Shown: positions 54,948-63,299 of the stretch, piece after piece | Position numbering within the stretch: the stretch's first letter is position 1 | Layout of the letters: every line of letters starts with the position of its first letter | Assembly (NCBI GenBank): GCA_938073905.1 | Contig: CALJEN010000005.1 | Span: 244,088 to 308,087 of the forward strand | Direction of reading: 5' to 3' | Length of the DNA stretch: 64,000 nucleotides | Source of the DNA: an uncultured Sulfolobales archaeon | Lineage (GTDB): Archaea > Thermoproteota > Thermoprotei_A > Sulfolobales > NBVN01 | Notes under the pieces: generated by a model | Seen by the model: only the letters and a program-made list of their open reading frames with translations | Databases searched by the model: none | Told to the model about the DNA's origin: nothing | Translations under genes and position numbers: made by a program

Positions 54948-56866
54948 CTCCTCTCACCCCGCTCACTCTGCTGCGAAGCGCGCCCGCGTGTAATGTGTCG
55001 GAGGGTTATATAGGCGTAGCCGGAAAGTATGTAGAACACGTTGTCCACCGGATCGCCGGGCACCTTAAGGCTCTCGTCGAGCAACCTCTTCATGTTAGCG
55101 TATATAGCTTCGGTGTATCTGTCGAGTATTCTGTAGTTCCTCAGACCCTCGAGCACGTAGTTAGCGAGCATCTTCACTCTCTCGTCCGACATTCCATCAA
55201 AGTTTATCTTGTTGAGCACCGACTTCTTCTCATCGCCCTTATTGTACTGCTCTATCCCTATTCTACCGACAAGGACTCCCAGCAGGAAGAGCGCCGTCTG
55301 GCGCTTTGTGTACCCCATCACGGAGACGAAGTGCTCGATGTCTTCGGGAAGTCCCGACCCTGAGAGATCCGGCTTCTCGCCTCTCTCCGGCTCTATAATG
55401 CCCATCTGCTCTCCCAACCTCAACAGCACGCTGTACTTTAAAATGTTCCTACATAGACCCGCTTCTCCGTCCTTCGGCGGCCTTACGCTGTACCCTTCGT
55501 ACGTACCGTATCTGATTATCCTTGCGAAGAGGACGGCCTTGGAGACGACGGTCTTCCTTGGATACTTGGTGCCCATGATCATGGAATTGTATAGCTCGAC
55601 CAGAGGCTTCCACTCCACTGCCTGTCCCCTTACGGTTCTCAAGGGGAACATGTTGTAGATGTCCTCGAAACCGATCGACCATCTTTCAGCAGACTCGTGG
55701 AAGATGTCAGCGACCTCGCTTGAAACGTTGCTGAGAGTGTCGGCCAGCTCGACCAGTCTCATTATGGGGACGTCCTGTATGTAGTACTGGTAAGCGAAAT
55801 CCGAGCGTCCCGGAGACCCGAAAACTATGTCCAGGAAGTAGAGACCTCCTGCTTTCCTTGCAAGGTCGTCTAAGAGGATCTTCAGGACGTCTTCCGCTTT
55901 CCTTAAGTTCTCCAGGGTCTTGACAGCGTCGAACACGCTCCCCACCTCCTTTTTGACCTTGTCTAGAGTGCGGTAAGAGAGCTCGAGCCCTACGACCCTG
56001 GGTATCAAGTAGACCGTAAGTTTACCGATCTTCGAACTCAGGTTTCTCTCGACATAATTGTAGCCGAGGACAACTTTCTTCTTGCAGTCCGGGCACACCG
56101 CGTGCGCCCTGAGCAAGTTCTCGGGCTCCTCGCTCAGATTGGGCATGAAGCCGGCCTTATCGGTGTTATAGATCTTTAGTAGCGTCCCCTCCGGGTAGGC
56201 TGGATCCGCCAGTACGAGCCCCTCCCTGCCACAAACGTGACATCTCCCCGTCCTTCTGAGACCAGACTCATAGTCCCTCTTCTCCCTCCTCTTGGAACCG
56301 GACTCGTACAGCACGTGACGGAGGAACTCCCTGTAGCCCGGTAGCCTGGTTAGGTCGACTACCTCCCCCCTCCGCCTTACGGATACCGTGTAGAGAACCA
56401 ATTGCTGAGGATCGCACCCCCTCCTACGGAGAAGCTCCTCGAACTCCTGGAGCAACGATTCTCTCTTACTGAAGAACTTCTCACTAATTTTAGCGAGGAG
56501 GTCGTAGAGTTCTCTAATGTGCGGCCTTCTGTGAAGCTCCTTTCTCTCTATCTCCTCCACTATCGCCCCGATGGCCCATTTGTGGGGCGTGAACCTCTCT
56601 AGTAGGTACTCCCGTCTATCGGTAGTGAGCATCAGTTGAGGCTTATTCCCTCTAGCGTTTCCAACCCAGAGGAATTCCCTGGCCCTCTCCTCGTCGCATC
56701 TGATGAGGCAGTCGCAATCCAGCTCCCCGGCATCGATGTCGAAGATGATCTTGGCGAGCAGGGGCTCCTCTACATCCTCTTCTTTAGGAACCCTCCTAAT
56801 AGGGAACTCTACCTCGCCCTCGCGGCTGGTCAGAACTTCGCCGATCTCCTTTAGAGCTTCGAGCAT
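54944..56866 (-). CDS. cas8b: Cas8b-like large subunit (TM1802/Csh1-like)
   Basis: 640 aa in the position between cas6 and cas7. Zn-ribbon-like CHVCGREG...CPDCKKK. The family call is from recall plus gene order. Confidence 0.7.
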   Translation of the reverse strand: MLEALKEIGEVLTSREGEVEFPIRRVPKEEDVEEPLLAKIIFDIDAGELDCDCLIRCDEERAREFLWVGNARGNKPQLMLTTDRREYLLERFTPHKWAIGAIVEEIERKELHRRPHIRELYDLLAKISEKFFSKRESLLQEFEELLRRRGCDPQQLVLYTVSVRRRGEVVDLTRLPGYREFLRHVLYESGSKRREKRDYESGLRRTGRCHVCGREGLVLADPAYPEGTLLKIYNTDKAGFMPNLSEEPENLLRAHAVCPDCKKKVVLGYNYVERNLSSKIGKLTVYLIPRVVGLELSYRTLDKVKKEVGSVFDAVKTLENLRKAEDVLKILLDDLARKAGGLYFLDIVFGSPGRSDFAYQYYIQDVPIMRLVELADTLSNVSSEVADIFHESAERWSIGFEDIYNMFPLRTVRGQAVEWKPLVELYNSMIMGTKYPRKTVVSKAVLFARIIRYGTYEGYSVRPPKDGEAGLCRNILKYSVLLRLGEQMGIIEPERGEKPDLSGSGLPEDIEHFVSVMGYTKRQTALFLLGVLVGRIGIEQYNKGDEKKSVLNKINFDGMSDERVKMLANYVLEGLRNYRILDRYTEAIYANMKRLLDESLKVPGDPVDNVFYILSGYAYITLRHITRGRASQQSERGERS

Positions 56867-56914
56867 AACGCCACCTCGAGACGTCCTTGCCGCTATTTAT
56901 TTGCCAGCCACTTT

Positions 56915-57652
56915 TTAAGTGCGCTGCACCACCTCCAGCATGCCGAAGCCCTGGGAGTTCTTCGCTCCCAGGCCGGCTTCGTAGACCGTCAGTATGAGGG
57001 ACTTGGGGCCCCTCAGGACGAAGCTGCCCGTCCAGCCCCTCACTATCGTGCCCTTGTAGGACACGAAGACCTCCCTCACTTTCAGGGGCTCCACCTCGAT
57101 GTCCGACTTGATGCTCCTGCCGGTGAGGACGTAGTGCTTCTTCTTAGCGTTGGAGCTCGCGAGCTTCGAGAACTCCCTCTCGTACGGCGAGTAGTAGTAG
57201 GTCTTCCTCCTCCCGTCTGGGGTGTAGAGGGTGCTGTACACTGTGACCGGGGACAGGGTGCGCACCTCCACCTCGCTCCCGATCGGCGGCGTAGGGGGGA
57301 AGGAAACCCCGACAACGTCCAGCCTGTTCCCGATGACGAGGTAGCCTCTCCTCAGGATGGTGCCCGCGAGCTCCTCGACGAGCCTCTCTACCGGGGACGA
57401 GACGTAGAGAGTCACGTCGCCCTCGTAGACGAGCCGCCCGGCCCCCCTGTCGAGCGCGAAGCGCCCCAGGAGCCTCGAGAACGTGAACATCTTGAACCTC
57501 CTCTTGCCGTAGGGGAAGCCCCTGTCGTGCAGGAAGGACGAGAGGCTCTCCGAGAGGCTGTTGTATATTGCCGCCTGGACTAGGTGGTTGTAGCTCACGG
57601 GGACGACGGCTCTGCCTCCCTCGGGGCTCCTCAGTGTTATCCGCATCCTCAA
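56915..57652 (-). CDS. cas6: Cas6 crRNA endoribonuclease
   Basis: 245 aa with the C-terminal glycine-rich loop GLGAKNSQGFGMLEV. A GCTTAATATAGC box lies ~40 nt upstream on the minus strand. Confidence 0.9.
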   Translation of the reverse strand: MRMRITLRSPEGGRAVVPVSYNHLVQAAIYNSLSESLSSFLHDRGFPYGKRRFKMFTFSRLLGRFALDRGAGRLVYEGDVTLYVSSPVERLVEELAGTILRRGYLVIGNRLDVVGVSFPPTPPIGSEVEVRTLSPVTVYSTLYTPDGRRKTYYYSPYEREFSKLASSNAKKKHYVLTGRSIKSDIEVEPLKVREVFVSYKGTIVRGWTGSFVLRGPKSLILTVYEAGLGAKNSQGFGMLEVVQRT

Positions 57653-57727
57653 GAGCTCGCAGCCTCCGTGGGGAAACCCGCATCGCTATATTAAGCGCTG
57701 CGGTCCCCGGCTGGAGTCCTTCCGCCG

Positions 57728-57811
57728 TCTTCAGTCGATCCCTGGGAGGGGGGTGGGCGATCGGGGGTCGACTGGAGGGTTTATAAGCTCTGGCAAGGAG
57801 CTCTCCCGGGG
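57728..57811 (+). promoter_or_regulatory. CRISPR leader of array 3 (divergent from the cas6 promoter)
   Basis: Reverse-complement homolog of leaders 1 and 2. GGTTTATAAGC sits ~25-30 nt before the first repeat, with the GTCGATCCC...GGGGTCGAC inverted repeat. Confidence 0.85.
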
Positions 57812-58164
57812 GTCGCTAGAGTACCTACAAGGGTTTGAAACCACTAACCCCAGGATACCCCCGATAGCCTCGGGTCGTCGCTAGAGTACCTACAAGGGTT
57901 TGAAACAAGCCGATAGTCAGGACTCTCGCGGAGCTGATGGCGGGTCGCTAGAGTACCTACAAGGGTTTGAAACGGTTAAGGGGCGGCTAGGGGTTAGGGA
58001 GGAAAAAGCTGGTCGCTAGAGTACCTACAAGGGTTTGAAACCGTCCTCCCCCGAGGAGGGGGCAGGTAATACCTGGCGTCGCTAGAGTACCTACAAGGGT
58101 TTGAAACATGCCGGTTTAAGGCTATAAAATGGAAGGTCGCTAGAGTACCTACAAGGGTTTAAAC
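57812..58164 (+). CRISPR. CRISPR array 3: 5 intact repeats plus 1 degenerate terminal repeat, 5 spacers
   Basis: GTCGCTAGAGTACCTACAAGGGTTTGAAAC at 57812, 57877, 57944, 58012 and 58078. The terminal 29-nt copy at 58136 reads ...GGGTTTAAAC. Spacers are 35, 37, 38, 36 and 28 nt. Confidence 0.95.
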
Positions 58165-58413
58165 GGTGGAGGCCTCCCTCTTCCTCAGCAGGGCCTCGTA
58201 GTGCGCCTCCTCGAACCTCACCTCGACCACCTCGTATCCGCTCCTGGAGGCGACCATCCTCAGGACGCCCACCGGCATGTCCTCCCTCCTGGCCACGACC
58301 ACCAGCTCGGCGTCCTCGCCCCTGTTCAGGACGTTCAGGAACCTCACCATCGGGTGGTCCGTGCAGGACGTGGAGCCGGGCCTGAGGTCAAGAACCCTGG
58401 TCACCGCTCCCAC
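58159..58413 (-). CDS. TusA/SirA-like small protein with divergent Cys motif
   Basis: 84 aa. LDLRPGSTSCTDHPMVRF... followed by GEDAELVVVARRED...GYEVVEV matches TusA topology, but CTDHP replaces CPxP. It lies downstream of IscU/IscS. Confidence 0.45.
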   Translation of the reverse strand: MGAVTRVLDLRPGSTSCTDHPMVRFLNVLNRGEDAELVVVARREDMPVGVLRMVASRSGYEVVEVRFEEAHYEALLRKREASTV

Positions 58414-58936
58414 CCCTCGGGAACGCTACCGTGATCCTGAAGCCGCGGCCGGAGTACAGCATCTCGATCATCTTCTCCTCCTCCAGGGTCTGCCTCTCCT
58501 CGATTGTGAGGGACTCGGGGAGCCAGTCGGGCCTCCTGCCCACCCTCCCGTAGTACGACCTTATCGCCCTCTTGAGGGCCCCTACGGCCAGTATGCTGCA
58601 GTGGTACTTTATCGGCGGGAGACCGCCAAGCTCGTCGGCCAGCTCCCTCCACGAGACCGCCCAGGCCTCCCTCATGCTCTTCCCGGTCACGACCTCGGTC
58701 AGTATGCTGGCGGCCGCTATGTTCGCGGCGCACCCGTAGCTCTCGAAGGTCGCTCTCTCGATGAACTCCTCCCCGTTTCTCTCGGAGACCTTCAGGTAGA
58801 GCCTTATCATGTCTCCGCAGGCGGGGCTCCCGGCCGACTCGACCACGTCCGCGTCCTCCATGGGACCGGCGTTCTTCGGGTTCCTGAAGAGCTCCAGGAC
58901 TCTCGGCGTGTAGGGAAGCGGTATCCGCGTGCTCAC
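58388..58936 (-). CDS. iscU: IscU/NifU-like Fe-S cluster scaffold
   Basis: 182 aa with FRNPKNAGPMEDADV, GSPACGDMIRLYL, YGCAANIAA and IKYHCSILAV. Confidence 0.85.
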   Translation of the reverse strand: MSTRIPLPYTPRVLELFRNPKNAGPMEDADVVESAGSPACGDMIRLYLKVSERNGEEFIERATFESYGCAANIAAASILTEVVTGKSMREAWAVSWRELADELGGLPPIKYHCSILAVGALKRAIRSYYGRVGRRPDWLPESLTIEERQTLEEEKMIEMLYSGRGFRITVAFPRGGSGDQGS

Positions 58937-58986
58937 CCTCCTCCCCGAGACCTATGCCCTGACTGGGTAATATACCTTTAACGCGG

Positions 58987-60264
58987 TTATAGTGGGGAGC
59001 CGGGCCTCGCGGCGCTTATGCTCCTCAGCCTCGCGACGGCCTTCGGGAAGACCTCCAGCGCGTACTCCACGTCCTCGACCGCGTGGTACCTGGAGGTCTT
59101 GAGGAGCACGCTGCCGTGGGCCTCCTCGTGTTTCCTGCCTATTGCCAGGAGCACGTGGCTCGGCTCGAGGATCCTCGAGGTGCACGCGCTCCCGCTGGCG
59201 ACGTAGACCCCGTGGAGGCTTAGCTCCACCGTGAGGGCCTCTCCCTCTACGTAGAGAAAGCTGAGGTTGGCGTTGTCTGGAGCCCTCCTGCCGAAGTCCG
59301 AGGGCCCGTTCAGCAGGACGTCGGGCACCCTCTCCACCAGACCGCGGACTAGGGCGTCCCTCAGTCCCCTCATCCTCGACACGTGCTCCTCGAACCCGTC
59401 GAAGGCTAGCTCGACGGCCTTCCTGAACCCGGCTATCAGCGGGACGTTCTCGACCCCGGGCCACAGCCTCTCCGAGCTCAGCTGGCCCCTGAGCACGGGC
59501 TCCAGCTCGACCCCCTCCCTCACGAAGAGGACTCCCACGCCCCTCGGTCCGTGCACCTTGTGGCTGCTGATCGTGAGCATGTCGACCCCCTCGAGCCTCC
59601 GGAGGTCTAGGGGCATCCTCCCGAAGGCGTCCGCCGCGTCCGTGTGGAACACGGCCGAGGGGTTGACCTCCTTTACTATCCTCGAGAGCTCGCGGACGTC
59701 CTGGACCGTCCCGATCTCGTGGTTCACGGTCTGGACGCTGACGAGCGAGGTCTCCCTGTCGACGAGCTCCTGGAGGACTCCCGGGTCTACGAAGCCCTCG
59801 CCGTCCACTGGGATCCTGACGACCCTGAACCCGAAGAGCTTCTCGGCCAGCTCGGCCGGCTGGATGACGCTGAGGTGCTCTATCGCGGAGACCAGGATCT
59901 TGCCCCTCCTCTCCCTGCGGGCAAGAGCGTGTCCGAGGATTGCCAGGTTGTTCGCCTCGGTGCCGCTGTGGACTATGGTGAACTCCCCCAGGCCGCCCGC
60001 ACCGAGGACTCTCGAGAGGAGCTCCTTGGTCTCGTGTATGACCTCGTAGGCCTCCCACCCGGGTCTGTGGGTGATCGAGGGGTGTCCGTAGCCCACCGAG
60101 TTGAAGTAGGGAACCATGGCCTCCACGACCTCCCTCGGGACGTAGCCGGAGTTCTCGAGGTCGAAGTACACCTCCCTGGGAGGCCTCCCGTGGGCCTCGA
60201 GCAGCTCTCTGACCGACACTCCCTCCACCGGCTCTCCGAGCCCGCGCGACGTAATAAACCGCAC
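58987..60264 (-). CDS. iscS: cysteine desulfurase (class V aminotransferase, IscS/NifS-like)
   Basis: 425 aa with the PLP-Lys region ISSHKVHGPRGVG and catalytic Cys loop SGSACTS. Confidence 0.9.
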   Translation of the reverse strand: MRFITSRGLGEPVEGVSVRELLEAHGRPPREVYFDLENSGYVPREVVEAMVPYFNSVGYGHPSITHRPGWEAYEVIHETKELLSRVLGAGGLGEFTIVHSGTEANNLAILGHALARRERRGKILVSAIEHLSVIQPAELAEKLFGFRVVRIPVDGEGFVDPGVLQELVDRETSLVSVQTVNHEIGTVQDVRELSRIVKEVNPSAVFHTDAADAFGRMPLDLRRLEGVDMLTISSHKVHGPRGVGVLFVREGVELEPVLRGQLSSERLWPGVENVPLIAGFRKAVELAFDGFEEHVSRMRGLRDALVRGLVERVPDVLLNGPSDFGRRAPDNANLSFLYVEGEALTVELSLHGVYVASGSACTSRILEPSHVLLAIGRKHEEAHGSVLLKTSRYHAVEDVEYALEVFPKAVARLRSISAARPGSPL

Positions 60265-60294
60265 CGAGCGGCCCCCGGCTCCGCCGGCCCCCGG

Positions 60295-60780
60295 CTAGGC
60301 TCGGGGCCAGCCCGAGAGCAGGTAGACCGCCGCGGCGAGTATCGAGACCGCCAGCAGCAGCCCGTTGGCCGCCTCGTAAGACCTCCCCCTGGGGCTCGCC
60401 AGGCGGACCCTCCTGAACGAGGTGCCCTCCCTCACGTACACGCCTCCCGAGACCAGGTCCAGCAGCAGGTGGAGTTGGTGGGACATCCCGCACGCCACGA
60501 AAGTGGCCAGGTAGAGCCTGGGGTCGTGTAGGAAGAGGGCCCCGAGGACAGTGGCGAGCAGCGTCGAGAGGAGGGACGCCCTGAGGGGCTCGTGTGTCGC
60601 CGGCGACCTGCGCCCGCGGCTGTGCCCGAGGGAGTCCATGAGCCAGTTCAGGCAGAGGGAGGCCACGAACGCGACGTTGAGCAGCTCCACCCCTCTGCCG
60701 AGCCCGGCGAGCCTGAGGACCCACGCGGACGCGGCTGCCGACAGCAGGACGTGAACGAGCAGTCTTATCAGTTTCACCAA
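60295..60780 (-). CDS. membrane-bound metal-dependent hydrolase-like protein (DUF457/YdjM-like)
   Basis: 161 aa, 4 TM helices, conserved His residues (DSLGHS, MSHQLH). A TATAAGC box lies ~30 nt upstream of the start. Confidence 0.4.
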   Translation of the reverse strand: MVKLIRLLVHVLLSAAASAWVLRLAGLGRGVELLNVAFVASLCLNWLMDSLGHSRGRRSPATHEPLRASLLSTLLATVLGALFLHDPRLYLATFVACGMSHQLHLLLDLVSGGVYVREGTSFRRVRLASPRGRSYEAANGLLLAVSILAAAVYLLSGWPRA

Positions 60781-60929
60781 GCCCTCCGGGTAACCGAGCT
60801 TATAAAATTACATTCATAGAGCATGGAGGATTGACGTTAGATCCCGCTAGCCGGGGAAGGGGATTCCGGAACAGCGCGGGAGCGCGGTGACACGAGGGGC
60901 ACCCGCTCCCCGGGCTAGGCCGAAAGTAT

Positions 60930-62066
60930 TCACGAGGTGAGGACTAGGTAAACCCCGGCGGCCACCAGAGCGATGCCGCCAGCGAGCTCCACCAGGGACG
61001 CCCTGCTGGCCAGCCTCTCCACGGCTCCGAGGAGCCTGCCCGAGAGCAGGGAGAAGGCGAGGTAGGGCGCCACGAAAGCTCCCAGGTACGCCGCGACCAG
61101 CGCGCTCGCCAGGGTCTCGGAGCCGGCGGTGGCCCGGAGCAGGACGAAGTAGCCGGCGCTGCAGGGAGCAGCGCTCAGGGAGGCCGCCAGGCCCAGGAGG
61201 AGCGGGAAGAACCCTCCTAGGAGGGGAGCGGGCAGCCTGCTCGGCGGGGCCCCGAGGTCTCGGCAGGCCCGACCCCCGACTGGGCAGCCTAGAACCCCCC
61301 TGGAGTGCAGGACCATGTAGACCCCGAAGGCTACGAAGAGAGTCCAGGCGTAGGGCCTGAGCAGCGAGAGGAGGCCGTGGAGCCCGGCGACGACCAGAAG
61401 GTAGCCGAGGCCCAGCCCCAGCACGAAGGAGAGAAGCCTGGTCGTAGACCCCCTAGTGGAGGTGGCGTACGAGAGCAGGAGACCCGTGTAGAGGTAGAGG
61501 ACGCAGGGGCTCAGCGCGGAGGCCGTGCCCAGAGCGAGTGCCCAGGCGACGAGCGCCACCGGGCTCCCAGCGGGCCTCTCGAGTGGTCTGACCTGGCACC
61601 TCTCCGCGCGCTCGCCGGACACCACCGACCTCCAGTACTCGTCGTCGCGGAAGAGCCCTATCGAGACTAGGACGATAGACCCTCCGCGCTGGACGAGGAC
61701 CACGGGGACCTCTGCCAGGTACCTCTCCTCGACGAAGCCCTCGAGAGAGGACAGCAGCCTCTCGAACAGCTCCTTCCGCTCGACGACGTCCACGTAGGCG
61801 ACACTCTCTCCCGACAGGAGGTCTCCGAGGTACCGTTCCATCTCTGCGCACTCTGGACAGCCCCTGATCCCGAAGAGGTAGACCGCTCTGTTCCCGTAGA
61901 GCCCGACCAGCTCGGCGACCAGGTTCCCGGGCTCCTCGGCGCAGCCAACCGCGGACCCCCTGTAGAGGACTGGCACTCCATACGCCCCGTCTCCGCGGGC
62001 GTGGACCGCCGGGAGGGCTAGCGACGCCAGGAGCAGGAGGACTAGTGGGGCCCAGCGCCCCATCAC
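60930..62066 (-). CDS. thioredoxin-fold domain fused to a CcdA/DsbD-type transmembrane electron-transfer domain
   Basis: 378 aa. Signal/TM, then GCPEC (CxxC), then a polytopic domain with ALSPCVLYLY and AAPCSAGY (the two DsbD-type Cys). Confidence 0.6.
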   Translation of the reverse strand: MMGRWAPLVLLLLASLALPAVHARGDGAYGVPVLYRGSAVGCAEEPGNLVAELVGLYGNRAVYLFGIRGCPECAEMERYLGDLLSGESVAYVDVVERKELFERLLSSLEGFVEERYLAEVPVVLVQRGGSIVLVSIGLFRDDEYWRSVVSGERAERCQVRPLERPAGSPVALVAWALALGTASALSPCVLYLYTGLLLSYATSTRGSTTRLLSFVLGLGLGYLLVVAGLHGLLSLLRPYAWTLFVAFGVYMVLHSRGVLGCPVGGRACRDLGAPPSRLPAPLLGGFFPLLLGLAASLSAAPCSAGYFVLLRATAGSETLASALVAAYLGAFVAPYLAFSLLSGRLLGAVERLASRASLVELAGGIALVAAGVYLVLTS

Positions 62067-62674
62067 TTCCTCCCTCTAATGAAGGCGTACGCTACCAGGG
62101 CTCCCCCGGCAGCGACCAGCGCGGCCGGGACGAGGATCTGCGGACCCAGCTCCCATCCCCGGCTCGGCCGGGTGCTGGCCCCGTTCACCAGGATGTACTT
62201 CGATACCAGGTCGCTCTGCTCCGAGAAGCTCATGGGTATCTCGTACACGTTCGGCGGGACCACCAGCAAGACCCTCTCCCGGGGCTCCATCGCCGTGACG
62301 TTTCTCCAGAAGCGCTCGTCCGTTACCGCTCCCACCACTATCGCTACGATGTACTTACCGTCCCTCACGACGTAGGTCTGGGGTATGGAGCCCAGGTACT
62401 CCCGATACTCAGGCGGGACTCTGGTCCCGAGGACACCCCTGAGGGAATCGAAGGCCCTCCTGCACTCCTCGGACAGGTCTATCTTGCAGAAGAGGTAGCT
62501 GTCGGTATACCTCTTGCTGAGGAACGCGTCGAGGTCTCTGCAGTGGGGACACCACGTGGCGCCGTAGAGGTAGAGGAAAGTGCTGCTGCCGAAAGCTATC
62601 CAGAGGTGTGCCAGGTACACCGCAAGCAAGGCGAGCGCCAGCCACCGGACTGCTCCGAGGTAGCGGTATGCCAC
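62063..62674 (-). CDS. membrane-anchored thioredoxin-like protein (WCPHC)
   Basis: 203 aa with an N-terminal TM, the WCPHC active site, and a C-terminal TM. It shows a 4-nt overlap with the DsbD-like gene. Confidence 0.6.
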   Translation of the reverse strand: MAYRYLGAVRWLALALLAVYLAHLWIAFGSSTFLYLYGATWCPHCRDLDAFLSKRYTDSYLFCKIDLSEECRRAFDSLRGVLGTRVPPEYREYLGSIPQTYVVRDGKYIVAIVVGAVTDERFWRNVTAMEPRERVLLVVPPNVYEIPMSFSEQSDLVSKYILVNGASTRPSRGWELGPQILVPAALVAAGGALVAYAFIRGRK

Positions 62675-62750
62675 GGACTGCCCGGGATCGCACTGCTGGG
62701 GAGCCTAAAAACCTTGCCGCCGTCCGGTCGCATAGGGCGGACTCGAGAGG

Positions 62751-63299
62751 CTACGCGGAGCCCTTCCGCAGGAGGTGCCTGAACGCCCTGAGGTTCACGT
62801 CGACCCACTCCCTGGCTACTACCTCCCTGATCGCGCTCTCGATTGCTTCGGGCGGCACTACGGAGGTCACCCCGACGAGGTGTCCCAGGGCAACCATGTT
62901 CGCCACCCTGCTGGTGCCCACCTCCCTCTCGGCTATGTCCGTGTAGGGCTCGGCGTATACCCTCCAGCTCCTCTGCGGGACGTCGGTCACGTTGGAGCTG
63001 TCCAGGAACACCACCGCGCCGTCCCTGACCAGGTCTTTGTAGGCGTCGAGCTGGAGCTGGTGCATGAACAGGGCTATGTCGGCCCTCATGACCTTTATGA
63101 AGTCGGCCTCCTCCTCCCTATCGGCTACCACCAGGTCGACCCTCGAGTCGCCGCCGCGCGTCTCGGCCGCGTAGGTCTCGCTGCCCAGCACGTGCAGGCT
63201 CGTGTGCTCGGCTATGGCCTTGCCCAGGACATGCCCCAGGAACAGTATCCCCTGCCCGCCCCGACCCGCGATCAGTATCTCCAGCCTCACGCTCCTCAC
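62751..63299 (-). CDS. 2-oxoacid:ferredoxin oxidoreductase gamma subunit
   Basis: 182 aa with ILIAGRGGQGILFLGHVLGKA, typical of Por/Kor gamma. It overlaps the beta subunit by 4 nt. Confidence 0.8.
   Translation of the reverse strand: MRSVRLEILIAGRGGQGILFLGHVLGKAIAEHTSLHVLGSETYAAETRGGDSRVDLVVADREEEADFIKVMRADIALFMHQLQLDAYKDLVRDGAVVFLDSSNVTDVPQRSWRVYAEPYTDIAEREVGTSRVANMVALGHLVGVTSVVPPEAIESAIREVVAREWVDVNLRAFRHLLRKGSA

Noticed and set aside
58952-60724. 590-aa ORF (minus), extremely Arg/Gly/Pro-rich.
   Set aside because: It is an off-frame read through the cysteine desulfurase and DUF457-like genes, a high-GC artefact. The iscS frame has clear PLP and catalytic motifs.
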